DNA of 64,000 nucleotides from an uncultured bacterium (GTDB lineage Bacteria > CSSED10-310 > CAZUFC01): the NCBI GenBank assembly GCA_964619725.1, contig CAZUFC010000001.1, forward strand, positions 140,396-204,395. The letters run 5' to 3'. The position numbers and the translations under genes are program-made. Below are positions 27,894 through 37,634 of the stretch, piece by piece (position 1 is the stretch's first letter; each line of letters begins with the position of its first letter). The notes beneath the pieces are model-generated. The model had not been told where the DNA came from. It did no database searches and saw only the letters and a list, made by a program, of their open reading frames with translations.

Positions 27894-29150
27894 ATGTCCA
27901 CAATTGACGCAAAAGATTGGCATAATTACCTCGTAAATTTCGTGTTCAATGAAAAAAATGATCTTTTTTCAAACGAACAAAAAAAGACGCAGGCGCTGAA
28001 ACTTAATCTTAACGGCAGAGAATACGACGCTTACGTCAATGAATTCTGGACCTCGAGACAAAGGCAGATGAACTCGATCCATGAAATCTCATACAGAGCT
28101 TGTTTCAAACCCCAATTGCCTGAGTTTTTCATTAAAAAAATGACCCGGACCGGAGACACGGTTTACGATCCGTTCTCAGGAAGAGGTACGACCGTATTGG
28201 CGGCAGCATTGGAGGATCGCAACATTATATCGAATGATATTAATCCTTTAAGCGAAATTCTGGTTAGGCCCCGGCTTTTTATACCTGAGCTGCATAAAGT
28301 GGAAGACCGTCTTGATTCTCTGGAATACGATAAAGATATTGAATCCGGTCTCGACCTCTCCATGTTTTATCATCCAAAAACAGAAGCTGAACTGGCGTCA
28401 TTAAGGAATTATCTTATTGAACGAAAATCGTCCGGAAAAGAAGACCATATCGACCGATGGATAAGAATGGTCGCAACGAATCGGTTGACGGGACATTCAA
28501 GAGGTTTCTTCTCGGTCTATACGCTGCCGCCCAACCAGGCCGTATCGCAAAAAAGTCAAATAAGAATCAACAAAAAAAGAGACCAGAAACCGGAATACAG
28601 GGATACGAAAAAATTAATCATGAAAAAAAGCAAAAGTCTGCTGAAAAATATGACTCTGCCGCTTAAAAACCGTATCAAAAAGATCGGCGAACGGGCCCTC
28701 TTCATCAGCAAAGATGCCGGAGAAACGTCAGAAATTCAGGATCATTCCGTCGATTTAACCGTAACCTCACCGCCGTTCCTGGATGTCGTCCAATATGATG
28801 CGGACAACTGGCTGCGATGCTGGTTTAACGGCCTGGATGCAAAAAATATTGCCCGGGGAATTACCATGAGCACGTCAATCGACATATGGTGCGACGTGAT
28901 GATCAGTATATTTCGTGAATTATATCGCATTACCAGGCCGGGAGGATATGTAGCTTTTGAAGTAGGTGAAGTTAAACGCGGAAAGCTCAACCTCGAAGAA
29001 TACGTCCTGCCGATGGGTAGAAAAACAGGTTTTCATTGCGCAGGAATAATGATCAATCGCCAGAATTTCACGAAAACAGCCAATATCTGGGGTATAGAAA
29101 ACAACAAAAAAGGCACTAATTCCAACCGCATCGTCATCTTACAAAAATAG
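27894..29150 (+). CDS. Orphan amino-DNA methyltransferase (N4-C-like, SPPF catalytic motif)
   Basis: YDPFSGRGTT (motif I) N-terminal to TSPPF (motif IV); no restriction endonuclease gene adjacent. Confidence 0.8.
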   Translation: MSTIDAKDWHNYLVNFVFNEKNDLFSNEQKKTQALKLNLNGREYDAYVNEFWTSRQRQMNSIHEISYRACFKPQLPEFFIKKMTRTGDTVYDPFSGRGTTVLAAALEDRNIISNDINPLSEILVRPRLFIPELHKVEDRLDSLEYDKDIESGLDLSMFYHPKTEAELASLRNYLIERKSSGKEDHIDRWIRMVATNRLTGHSRGFFSVYTLPPNQAVSQKSQIRINKKRDQKPEYRDTKKLIMKKSKSLLKNMTLPLKNRIKKIGERALFISKDAGETSEIQDHSVDLTVTSPPFLDVVQYDADNWLRCWFNGLDAKNIARGITMSTSIDIWCDVMISIFRELYRITRPGGYVAFEVGEVKRGKLNLEEYVLPMGRKTGFHCAGIMINRQNFTKTANIWGIENNKKGTNSNRIVILQK

Positions 29151-29264
29151 TCTGACAAGAGCATACCTCACCCTACAAACATTAAGCCCCTGTCCGTATA
29201 AACCGGTTAACTTCCCGTGAAATAAGTTTTCTCGATGCATCTGCCTGAAAAATATTCGCCGGAA

Positions 29265-29570
29265 TCAGGTCCAGTAACCGATCAGATAAATGACGATTTT
29301 GCCGGAAAGAGAACCGGTTACGTTATCCAAAAATTTTCCGGACAAAAACAGCTTCCCAAGACGTACACTGTGATAAAATATTAGTGAGACGCCGAGTGTA
29401 TAAGCGGTAAGGTGCGAGAAAAGCAGTTTTTCAACCAATCGGATTCTTTTCTTTTTAATCGTTTCATATGTCGTTAAAGGAATAGCTGCCGCCATCGCCA
29501 GGTAAATCAGCGGACCAAAAAGATGATACGAAATCGCAGTTACAATATTTGAAATAATCGAGTGTTTCAA
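29265..29570 (-). pseudogene. Possible 5'-truncated DUF2752-like membrane protein
   Basis: AISYHLFGPLIY resembles the DUF2752 C-terminal half; the CPxCG part is absent. Confidence 0.35.
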
Positions 29571-29616
29571 CGTAGCCTCGCCTTAATGACCATTATGCAG
29601 AGGATGAAAGGCTGCC

Positions 29617-31671
29617 CTAGTCGACGTAACCCAGACTTTTCAAAGCATCCTTCTGGTAATGATCCAATACCGGATTCAACCTTTCGCCGGCAATGACTAT
29701 TCTGTCGTATGAGGCCAGATACAACTCCAGCTCGGCAGCCATTTTCTGCGTCAGTTTTTTTCTTTCGGAAGAACAATCAACGGTTTCCATTTTCATTTTA
29801 CTCAAATCGAACAGTTGGTGATTGCCGTCGGAATGATGGATGAGTTTCCAGGGATACTGGATCAGGCATTTAAGATCGCCTTCGAAGATGTTTCTACCGC
29901 TGATGTCGGTTCTGGGATGTTCGGCGCCGAAAACCTCAGCCACAAGTCCCGGATCATCGGGACGTTGAGGCGGAGATAAACCTGCGGCTCTCAAAATGAG
30001 GTCATGAAGTTGCAGGCAGTTTTCCGGCAATTTTACGGTCAAAGCTTCCGCATGTTGCTTATTTTCCGGGGTGGAAATAATGCAGGGGACCTGAATTTCC
30101 TGAGTATAAAGCGTATTGGAATGCTTGAGCAGACCATGTTCGCCCATGGATTCTCCATGATCCGAGAGTATGACTACAAGCGTATCGGAATGATTAATTT
30201 CATTCAACAACCGGATCATACAGCGGTCTACGTATTGCAATTCATGTTGATACAGCGTCCAGAGAAAATTCAGTTCATCTTTCGTCAAAGCGGAACCGGT
30301 TTTCAGCAATTTCGATTTTATTTTTTCTATCGGTTCGCCGTCCCTGATCCAGCCGCTGCCGGCGATTTTTTTACGGAGTTTCCAATATTCAGGCGGCAGA
30401 TAAGGGGAGTGAGCATCGAAAATGTTGACGAACAAAAAGAAAGGTTGCGTTTTTTTCATGTTGCGGAGTAATGCTATGGCCTTATCCGTTATGCGTTTAC
30501 CGTTACGATAGGGAGTGGCGGTATCGTAGCCGAAAACTGGAAAAGGAAAATCCTCGATGATTCTTCTTATCGGAATACATCGGAACAGAAGCGTTTTCTG
30601 TATCATTTTATAGATTTCGTTTCTTTCCGCATCGTAATAGTCGAATCCTTGATTCAGTCCGTATCGCGGAGACAAAGGACCGAAGTTTCCGCTGACGGCT
30701 GCAGTTACGTAACCCTTGCTTGAAAGTCTTTCCGCAAGCGTCGGCAATTTTTTTGAGAGTTTATACGCATAAAAAGGAGGATCGGGATCATCGAAACGAG
30801 GTTTATGTGCGCCGTGAATGCTTGAGGGGTATCCTGTGAACAGGGTTGCATGCGTGGGCAGCGATGACGGCGCTGGAACCGTAAAGTAGGGCAGCATGGC
30901 TTTTGATTCGGCATATTTGAGCAGATTCGGCATGAGAGGTTCACAATCTTGATTTCGCAAAAGAGCTTCAGGACGAACCGTGTCGATTATGATAAGAACG
31001 ACATTCTGGCCGCCGGCGTTTTCTTTTGGTGAAAATTCAGGCAGCTCGGTTTCCGGTGAAAAAAATCCCCAGCAGGCCGTGAAAGCTATCAGAGATAAAT
31101 AAATAACCTTCAACGGAAAGGAATAACGGTATCGTCCTTTTTCTTTCGATATTGCGCCGAAAACCTGAAAAATTCCTACGCTGATGAAAAACCATAACGA
31201 ACCCCACACAACATTCATCCAGCCTCCGCTTTCCAGCAGTGAACCCTTGGCGGCAAGAGATGCAAACGCCGTGGTGAAAAAAAGCGCTCCAGAATTCCGT
31301 TTGTTTAATTCGAAATCGGCAGACTTTCCCCAAAAAAGCGTTAATAATAACAAAACAAGCGTTCCTGAAATTATCGGGACAGGATGAAGAACATCATTGC
31401 CGGACGTCAGAATCATCATTCCAAGAGTAAAAAAATAGCCGACGGATAATCCGTATCCCAAAATCTTAAAAAATTTGATGCAAAGAAAAATGGGAAGGAT
31501 CAGGGCGACATGAGCTGCAGCCAGCCGCAACGGTAGATCGACAGGCGTCTCCGTCATCCTGAAAACGATCGCCGTACCCTCGACCGCATATAAACTCAGC
31601 GCCGTAAAAACTGCCGTCTTTAACGAAGCGTATTTTTTTTCGTTTTCACATTGCGTTGTCGAACGTTGCAT
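29617..31671 (-). CDS. Membrane-anchored sulfatase-like hydrolase/transferase (alkaline phosphatase superfamily)
   Basis: N-terminal TM helices; NVVLIIIDTVR; SLPTHATLFTG; DAHSPY; SDHGE; LKSLGY tail. Confidence 0.85.
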   Translation of the reverse strand: MQRSTTQCENEKKYASLKTAVFTALSLYAVEGTAIVFRMTETPVDLPLRLAAAHVALILPIFLCIKFFKILGYGLSVGYFFTLGMMILTSGNDVLHPVPIISGTLVLLLLTLFWGKSADFELNKRNSGALFFTTAFASLAAKGSLLESGGWMNVVWGSLWFFISVGIFQVFGAISKEKGRYRYSFPLKVIYLSLIAFTACWGFFSPETELPEFSPKENAGGQNVVLIIIDTVRPEALLRNQDCEPLMPNLLKYAESKAMLPYFTVPAPSSLPTHATLFTGYPSSIHGAHKPRFDDPDPPFYAYKLSKKLPTLAERLSSKGYVTAAVSGNFGPLSPRYGLNQGFDYYDAERNEIYKMIQKTLLFRCIPIRRIIEDFPFPVFGYDTATPYRNGKRITDKAIALLRNMKKTQPFFLFVNIFDAHSPYLPPEYWKLRKKIAGSGWIRDGEPIEKIKSKLLKTGSALTKDELNFLWTLYQHELQYVDRCMIRLLNEINHSDTLVVILSDHGESMGEHGLLKHSNTLYTQEIQVPCIISTPENKQHAEALTVKLPENCLQLHDLILRAAGLSPPQRPDDPGLVAEVFGAEHPRTDISGRNIFEGDLKCLIQYPWKLIHHSDGNHQLFDLSKMKMETVDCSSERKKLTQKMAAELELYLASYDRIVIAGERLNPVLDHYQKDALKSLGYVD

Positions 31672-32257
31672 CTATTGCCCTTGCATAATTTCACTCAAAA
31701 AATACGGTCCGCTGTCCGTTTCTCCTCAGTTCCGATATGAAATACAAGTTTCATCCGAAACGAGCAGATCAGCATATATTCAGTAAAATTGCATCGAAAG
31801 TCAATGCTTTTTGAAAAATAGTTCAAGGAAGAACGCGGTATTCAAACAACTCCGCATCCTGACGCGATTCCTGAAAATTTCGCCGTTTATGGACAGGCGC
31901 TCGACTAATGTTCTGAATATGGTATATTGACGGAGGTCCGGCGACTTCGGGCGGGACCGGAGGCTCTATTGTATTGAAAAATGAGGGTGAAAGGCTGCTG
32001 CGTTGTTTTTTTTTCATCTTTTTTCAAAGGTTTTGTCGACATTGATCTGGAGTGAGGTGATTTTACCGGCGGGAACGTTATGCCTCTGAAATGGTGACGT
32101 CATTGCCGATGTTCAAAGATAAAAGCAGGCATTCATTTGCATAATTGCGGAATAAATGTTCACGCGCTGGACTTGTCGGAATTTTTGAAAGGAACGGGAA
32201 GTCCCAGTTGTCTCATCATGCCCCTGGAGAGAAAAGAATCATAAATTCATCCGTCCT

Positions 32258-33604
32258 ATGAATCAAGAACTCAAGTTTAAAACTATATTCCTTTTTTGGG
32301 TTCCTCTCGCCGCAACCTGGCTTATGATGGCGATCGAAGGTCCATACGTTTCGGCTGTCATAGCGCGGTTAAGCGAACCGAAATACAATCTGGCGGCCTT
32401 CGGGATAGCGATTGCCCTGGGTCTGCTGGTAGAAGCCCCTATCATTATGATCATGAGCGCGGCCGTAGCCCTGGTCAAAGATCGTGAAACTTACAGACGG
32501 GTCAGAAATTTCTCCTTCGCATTAAATTTCGGCGTTACCGCTGTGATGGCTATACTGGTTACGCCGCCCGTTTTTCGTTTTATTGCGGAAGATATCATCG
32601 GACTGCCGCCGCCGGTCGCTCATCTGGCTCACATCGCCTCCATAATTCTGCTGCCGTGGCCCGGCGCCATAGGGTTCAGAAGATTCTATCAGGGAATTCT
32701 TATAAAATACGATCTCACCCGGCGTGTGGCCTATGGAACCGCCGTCCGGCTCACCGCCATGTCGCTCACCGCTTTGCTCCTTTATCTGCTCGATTCGCTG
32801 GAAGGCGCCTATATCGGAACTGCCGCTCTATCCATGGGCGTCGTTTCAGAATCTCTCGCCGTCAGGTTGATGACGCACAAAACCGTTGTGAAAATCAAAA
32901 AACAGAAAAGGTCTCCCGAAGACCAAAAAACCGCTGAAGAACCGCCTACATATTGGGAAATAACAAAATTCTATTACCCGTTAGCCCTGTCATCCATAAT
33001 GGGTTTAGCTATCGTTCCCATGATAAACTTCTTTCTCGGCAGAAGCAGACTCGCCGTCGAATCCCTGGCCGTTCTGCCTGTCATTAACGGGCTTAATTTT
33101 CTTTTTGTTAGCCTGGCGCTGTCATTTCAGGAAGTCAGCATCGCTCTTCTAAGTGAAAATCGAAAAAATTATCCGGCCGTCAGAAGTTTCGCCCTTTTGC
33201 TGGGTATACTTCTGGTGTGCGGTTCTGTCGGCATAGCCTTCACGCCGCTCTTTATCCTTTGGTTCCATAATATCTCAGGACTCACGATGGAACTGACCGG
33301 ATTGTCCGTTGGACCATATCGGATGATGGTCATTTTACCGGGACTCGTGACGCTCCTTTCCTTCCAGCGATCCATTCTGGTCCTTCACAGAAAAACCATG
33401 CCCATAACTATTGCTACTGCCATTGAAATCATTGCCGTTTCCAGTTCATTATACGTCAGCATACATTTTTTTGATGCCATAGGCGCTTTCGCTGCCGCTC
33501 TCGCTTTCGACATCGGAAAAATAAGTTCTAACTCTTATCTGCTGATCTCCTTTGCTAAAGTCGTCCGCAGCAACTATGCGTCTCGCAGCGACTCTCACGC
33601 TTAA
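32258..33604 (+). CDS. MATE-superfamily (ANKH-like) membrane transporter
   Basis: About 12 TM helices with internal duplication (FWVPLA / FYYPLA); RRFYQGIL. Confidence 0.65.
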   Translation: MNQELKFKTIFLFWVPLAATWLMMAIEGPYVSAVIARLSEPKYNLAAFGIAIALGLLVEAPIIMIMSAAVALVKDRETYRRVRNFSFALNFGVTAVMAILVTPPVFRFIAEDIIGLPPPVAHLAHIASIILLPWPGAIGFRRFYQGILIKYDLTRRVAYGTAVRLTAMSLTALLLYLLDSLEGAYIGTAALSMGVVSESLAVRLMTHKTVVKIKKQKRSPEDQKTAEEPPTYWEITKFYYPLALSSIMGLAIVPMINFFLGRSRLAVESLAVLPVINGLNFLFVSLALSFQEVSIALLSENRKNYPAVRSFALLLGILLVCGSVGIAFTPLFILWFHNISGLTMELTGLSVGPYRMMVILPGLVTLLSFQRSILVLHRKTMPITIATAIEIIAVSSSLYVSIHFFDAIGAFAAALAFDIGKISSNSYLLISFAKVVRSNYASRSDSHA

Positions 33605-33652
33605 GCCTTGGCCTAAGCCGGATTACCAATAGCCTGACTGAGCAAATCTGCA

Positions 33653-33697
33653 GCCTGACGCAGCATTAGGGGAAATTCGCCGTTTCCGGTCAAAAAC
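33653..33697 (+). repeat. Dispersed 45-bp intergenic repeat, copy B
   Basis: Matches 16759-16803 (39/45). Confidence 0.85.
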
Positions 33698-33718
33698 TAA
33701 AATTAAAAACAAAAAAAC

Positions 33719-33753
33719 TTGTCATTACTTTAATTAAATATTATAATTTAATT
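33719..33753 (+). promoter_or_regulatory. sigma70 promoter overlapped by a palindromic operator
   Basis: TTGTCA-N17-TATAAT; AATTAAAT-N6-ATTTAATT at 33732-33753 covers the -10. Confidence 0.65.
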
Positions 33754-33814
33754 TGGATAACATCGAATCGAAAAAATTTTTCCGATTCGAATTATTATTT
33801 GAACGGAGGGGACC

Positions 33815-34081
33815 ATGACGATGCAACTGGAAAAAGGAGAAACCTATCACAGCGCTTTCAGAAAAGTAATGAACAGCGATACGCCGGATATCGACAAATT
33901 GAGGGAGATGTTTGAGCTGATAACGGGGCATATTGTGGAGAATGCGGAAAAGGAAATAGAATTGAGGAAGGCGATGCAGGACAAGGAGGCGGTCATCAAG
34001 GAGCAGATTAAGATGGCGGCCATGAAGCATGTGCGGGGCATTTTTCAGGAGTGTTACAAGCGCGTAAGGGAAGGGGGTTAA
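33815..34081 (+). CDS. Small helical hypothetical protein
   Basis: GGAGG RBS; follows a strong promoter; directly upstream of the ArsR gene. Confidence 0.7.
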   Translation: MTMQLEKGETYHSAFRKVMNSDTPDIDKLREMFELITGHIVENAEKEIELRKAMQDKEAVIKEQIKMAAMKHVRGIFQECYKRVREGG

Positions 34082-34086
34082 AAGCG

Positions 34087-34668
34087 ATGAAGGTCCATAA
34101 ATCGAATCATACGGCAGAGGAGAAATTGGAATTCAAGGCGGAATTTTTCAAATCGATGGGACATCCAGTGAGGTTATTGATTTTGAATCTAATAAAAATG
34201 AAGCCTCGTCACGGACAGGAGTTGAGCGCCATACTGAAATTGAATCCGGCGACGGTTTCACATCATTTAAGCAGGTTGACCAAATCCGGTCTGTTAAAGT
34301 CGAGCAAGGACCAGTATTACCAGACCTATTCGCTGGTAAAGGGGCCGTGGGAGAAGAATCTGGGCGATATAGTATTTCTGCCTGACGAAGGAATATCCGG
34401 CAAGGTGGAGGAAGATGCTTACAGGAAGAAGGTATTGAAAGCATTCTTTCGTCACGGAAGGTTGGAGCGCATTCCTTCCCAGTTGAAGAAGAGGCTGGTG
34501 GTGCTGGAAAAAATCTTACAGGAATTCGAGTCGGACCGGGAATATACGGAACAGGAGGTGAACCGCATATTAGTGGATTTTCATGAAGATGTGGCTTCAT
34601 TACGCCGGGGTATGGTTGCAAACGGATTTATGAAGCGGAGCCGGGGCATATATCGAAGGATTAATTAA
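34087..34668 (+). CDS. ArsR/SmtB HTH regulator fused to DUF2087
   Basis: FKSMGHPVRLLIL, TVSHHL; IPSQLKKR...YTEQEVN...DVASLRR. Confidence 0.85.
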   Translation: MKVHKSNHTAEEKLEFKAEFFKSMGHPVRLLILNLIKMKPRHGQELSAILKLNPATVSHHLSRLTKSGLLKSSKDQYYQTYSLVKGPWEKNLGDIVFLPDEGISGKVEEDAYRKKVLKAFFRHGRLERIPSQLKKRLVVLEKILQEFESDREYTEQEVNRILVDFHEDVASLRRGMVANGFMKRSRGIYRRIN

Positions 34669-34799
34669 TAAATGCAAGAGTTGTGAAGTCTTTACATGGG
34701 AGTCTTTTTCGGGAAAACTAAGGTGGGTCGGATTTATGATGTCGGGCCTGGCGACGGCAGAACGCCGGTGGAAGATTCTTCAATTAAAGGAGCGATCGT

Positions 34800-35678
34800 A
34801 TGATTGATTTCGTTTTTATAGGGGCAACGGCCTATGATCTGATCGCCAGGGTAGATCGTAATATTAAGGCGGCGGGGCATTACCGGTTTACTGAGTGGAG
34901 TTTGAGTTTCGGGGGAAAGGCCGCCAATGCAGCCGCGTACTTCGCCCGGAGCGGCGGATCAGCCGCATTTATCGGCGTTGTGGGCAGAGATTTCGAAAGC
35001 CTGGGCTACAAGAAATATCTGGAACGATTGGGAGTCGATGTGCAGGATGTCATTATTGCGGCTTCCCGGACGCCTTTGTTCGTATCAATGAGGTCCGGCG
35101 CATCGGAATATGCCTTTTGCGGGCATGCGGAAAAACTTCCGCTGAAGCCCGGGACTTTGGAGACTCATTTTAAAAAGCAACTGGTCAGAAAAGCCCCCCG
35201 AGGCGTTTACTGCACATTGTCGGAACCGGGTTTGACGTTGGAAATAATGAAAACCGCTGCCGCAGCAGGAATACGGACAGCCTGGAATCCCATATTTTAC
35301 ACTGAAAGCGTTCCAGAATTCGAGCACATCTTACCTTATATAGATTCCCTTTTCCTTAACCGCGCAGAAGCCGATAGACTCGTCGACATACTGGACTTAC
35401 GTCTTGAAGAAATCGTCTCTAAATGCGACATAGCCTGCATCTCGGTTACGCAAGGGGCAGGCGGAGTCGATATAATCACGAAAGCAGGCATCCAGAGAAT
35501 TCAGGCTGCAGATATTCCTGATCCCGTTGATGCTACGGGCGCAGGGGATGCTTATGCCGGAACGTTTCTGGCATGCTATGACAAACTAGGTGCAAACGAA
35601 ATAGCCCGTTGTGCTGAAGAGGCGAACAGAGTCGCCGCTGAGACGACGTTGCGGCTTGGGGCGCAAATTCCTCTGTAA
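34800..35678 (+). CDS. PfkB-family carbohydrate/nucleoside kinase
   Basis: GGKAANAA; DATGAGDAY. Confidence 0.88.
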   Translation: MIDFVFIGATAYDLIARVDRNIKAAGHYRFTEWSLSFGGKAANAAAYFARSGGSAAFIGVVGRDFESLGYKKYLERLGVDVQDVIIAASRTPLFVSMRSGASEYAFCGHAEKLPLKPGTLETHFKKQLVRKAPRGVYCTLSEPGLTLEIMKTAAAAGIRTAWNPIFYTESVPEFEHILPYIDSLFLNRAEADRLVDILDLRLEEIVSKCDIACISVTQGAGGVDIITKAGIQRIQAADIPDPVDATGAGDAYAGTFLACYDKLGANEIARCAEEANRVAAETTLRLGAQIPL

Positions 35679-35789
35679 AATTTGCTGATGCGAATAATCA
35701 AGCGATTGACGTCTGGAATGAAGGTTAAAATCACTATGAAACACGCAAATCTTTGCGATAAACAGATCGACTGAGAATTTAAACTATAT

Positions 35790-35824
35790 TTCCCCTATTT
35801 TTTTTGAATAGGGGAATTCTTTTA
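35790..35824 (+). terminator. Intrinsic terminator-like hairpin
   Basis: TTCCCCTATT-N7-AATAGGGGAA followed by TTCTTTTT. Confidence 0.55.
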
Positions 35825-35870
35825 TGATAAGATTTTTATGATTTAAACTGAAAGTTGAAAGGAGAATGAA

Positions 35871-36362
35871 ATGGGAACAAAAGGACGAGAAATTATCGGA
35901 ATGGACGTGAATGAGCTGCTGGAGCTGCTGAACAAGGCTTTTGCAGATGAATGGCTGGCTTATTATCAATACTGGCTGGGCGCCAAAGTTGTGGCTGGGC
36001 CTATGAAAGACGCCGTTATAACTGAATTGATGGAACATGCCGCCGATGAATTAAGGCATGCCGACATGTTGGCTGAAAGAATTCTGCAATTAGGCGGAAC
36101 CCCTCTGCTCGAACCGAAAAACTGGTACGACATGACCAACTGCGGATATGAATCTCCCTCAGACCCTCACGTCAAAAAGATACTCAACCAGAACATCAAA
36201 GGCGAACAATGCGCTATAACGGTATACGATAAACTTCAGAAACTCACCAGAGATGCAGACCCCGTGACTTTCAACATGGCCGTTCAGATACTGCAGGATG
36301 AAGTCGAACATGAAGAAGACCTTCAGGCGCTTTTCGAAGACCTGGCTATTATGATTAAGTAG
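35871..36362 (+). CDS. Ferritin-like DPS-like (DpsL) protein
   Basis: LNKAFADEWLAYYQYW; ELRHA; EQCAI; EVEHE di-iron motifs. Confidence 0.85.
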   Translation: MGTKGREIIGMDVNELLELLNKAFADEWLAYYQYWLGAKVVAGPMKDAVITELMEHAADELRHADMLAERILQLGGTPLLEPKNWYDMTNCGYESPSDPHVKKILNQNIKGEQCAITVYDKLQKLTRDADPVTFNMAVQILQDEVEHEEDLQALFEDLAIMIK

Positions 36363-36519
36363 CGTCTGTTCATAAACTCGAAGCTCGATTAAAAATTTAA
36401 TGTTGGACAGTCGCTGAGTAGAATATCTGAAATTTAACCTCTTACCGGTCTTCGTCACCGACTCGTTCGGTTTAAGAATAAGGGGCAGATCAAATTCGAG
36501 GCGTCAGCGTTTTGTCGGT

Positions 36520-37440
36520 TCAACCTCCGGTCTTTTCCTTTTCCGCAAAATAAACCGAAAGCCCGATGATCCTGGCTGATACCGTCCACGTATAATAAAC
36601 TGCAAGGAAGGTCATCAGTCTGTTTAAAAAGAAATGGCCGGGGAATTTTTGAATGAACTCTGACAGAAACCACATTTGAAGACTAATCATTATTACTGTG
36701 AAAGCTGCAGTTTTCAAGTAGTAAACTCCCATGGAACGGATGAAGAGATACAATTTAACAGGGTTGATCATATCCGTAAAATTGGGTGAGAGCGCTGCTA
36801 AGGTGAAGGCGGCGGGTATGATGCCCACGCCGAAGATGATGAGGAAAACAGCAGGAACTAGCAGTGCCGTCGAAATCTCAAGGGTGGGATCGGGACTCCA
36901 GAAAGTCAAATAAATGCCGGCGGGCAGCAGACAGATGAAAACGGAAACGAGGCCTCTGATAAAAGGAGAAAGAACCTGATCGAATAATTCGTGGGCGCTG
37001 ATGATGGGCAAAGCTTTTTTTCCGGTTGATGATGAACGTATGACGAGAATAGTCTGACTGAATATTAAAGCGGAGGCGATATGTTCTCCTACGAGGAAAA
37101 TAAAGGAAGAAATAAAGGTTGCCAGGACAAGGAAAAGAAAATAGAGGGCGTATATTCCCTGAAAAGTATAAAAAAATGCCTTGATGAATTGCGAATTAAA
37201 ATTACCGCTGACTTTTTGGCGTTCCGCTGGCTTGTGAACGAACGCTTTTGGACTCAGGTCAAGGAAAAAATCATCCTCTACCGGCTCATTTTTCCGTTGA
37301 GCGGATTTTGTTATGTTTTCTGCCTGTTCTTTTTTTGAGTCGGCATTTTCGCTCTTTGAATATTTGGCGAAAACTATGCCGCATTTTATGCAATCGATTC
37401 GTTTTTCATTCTGGGCGAAACCGCATCGAGGGCATTTCAT
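36520..37440 (-). CDS. Zn-ribbon plus multi-TM membrane protein
   Basis: CPRC...CIKC; about 6 TM helices; GGAG RBS. Confidence 0.7.
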   Translation of the reverse strand: MKCPRCGFAQNEKRIDCIKCGIVFAKYSKSENADSKKEQAENITKSAQRKNEPVEDDFFLDLSPKAFVHKPAERQKVSGNFNSQFIKAFFYTFQGIYALYFLFLVLATFISSFIFLVGEHIASALIFSQTILVIRSSSTGKKALPIISAHELFDQVLSPFIRGLVSVFICLLPAGIYLTFWSPDPTLEISTALLVPAVFLIIFGVGIIPAAFTLAALSPNFTDMINPVKLYLFIRSMGVYYLKTAAFTVIMISLQMWFLSEFIQKFPGHFFLNRLMTFLAVYYTWTVSARIIGLSVYFAEKEKTGG

Positions 37441-37634
37441 GGAAAAATCTCCTTATACTGAATTTTTAACAGCAAAGCTCCACAGATGTAAAGCAAAGGC
37501 AACGACGAGAGACCAGGCAACTGCGAAAAACATTATACTTTGTATTCCAGACAATTAAATTATTGCATCTCGGAAGAATTTTCGTTATAGAATAAAAAGG
37601 TTTTAACCGCCACTTTAATTTGAAAGGATAGGGT

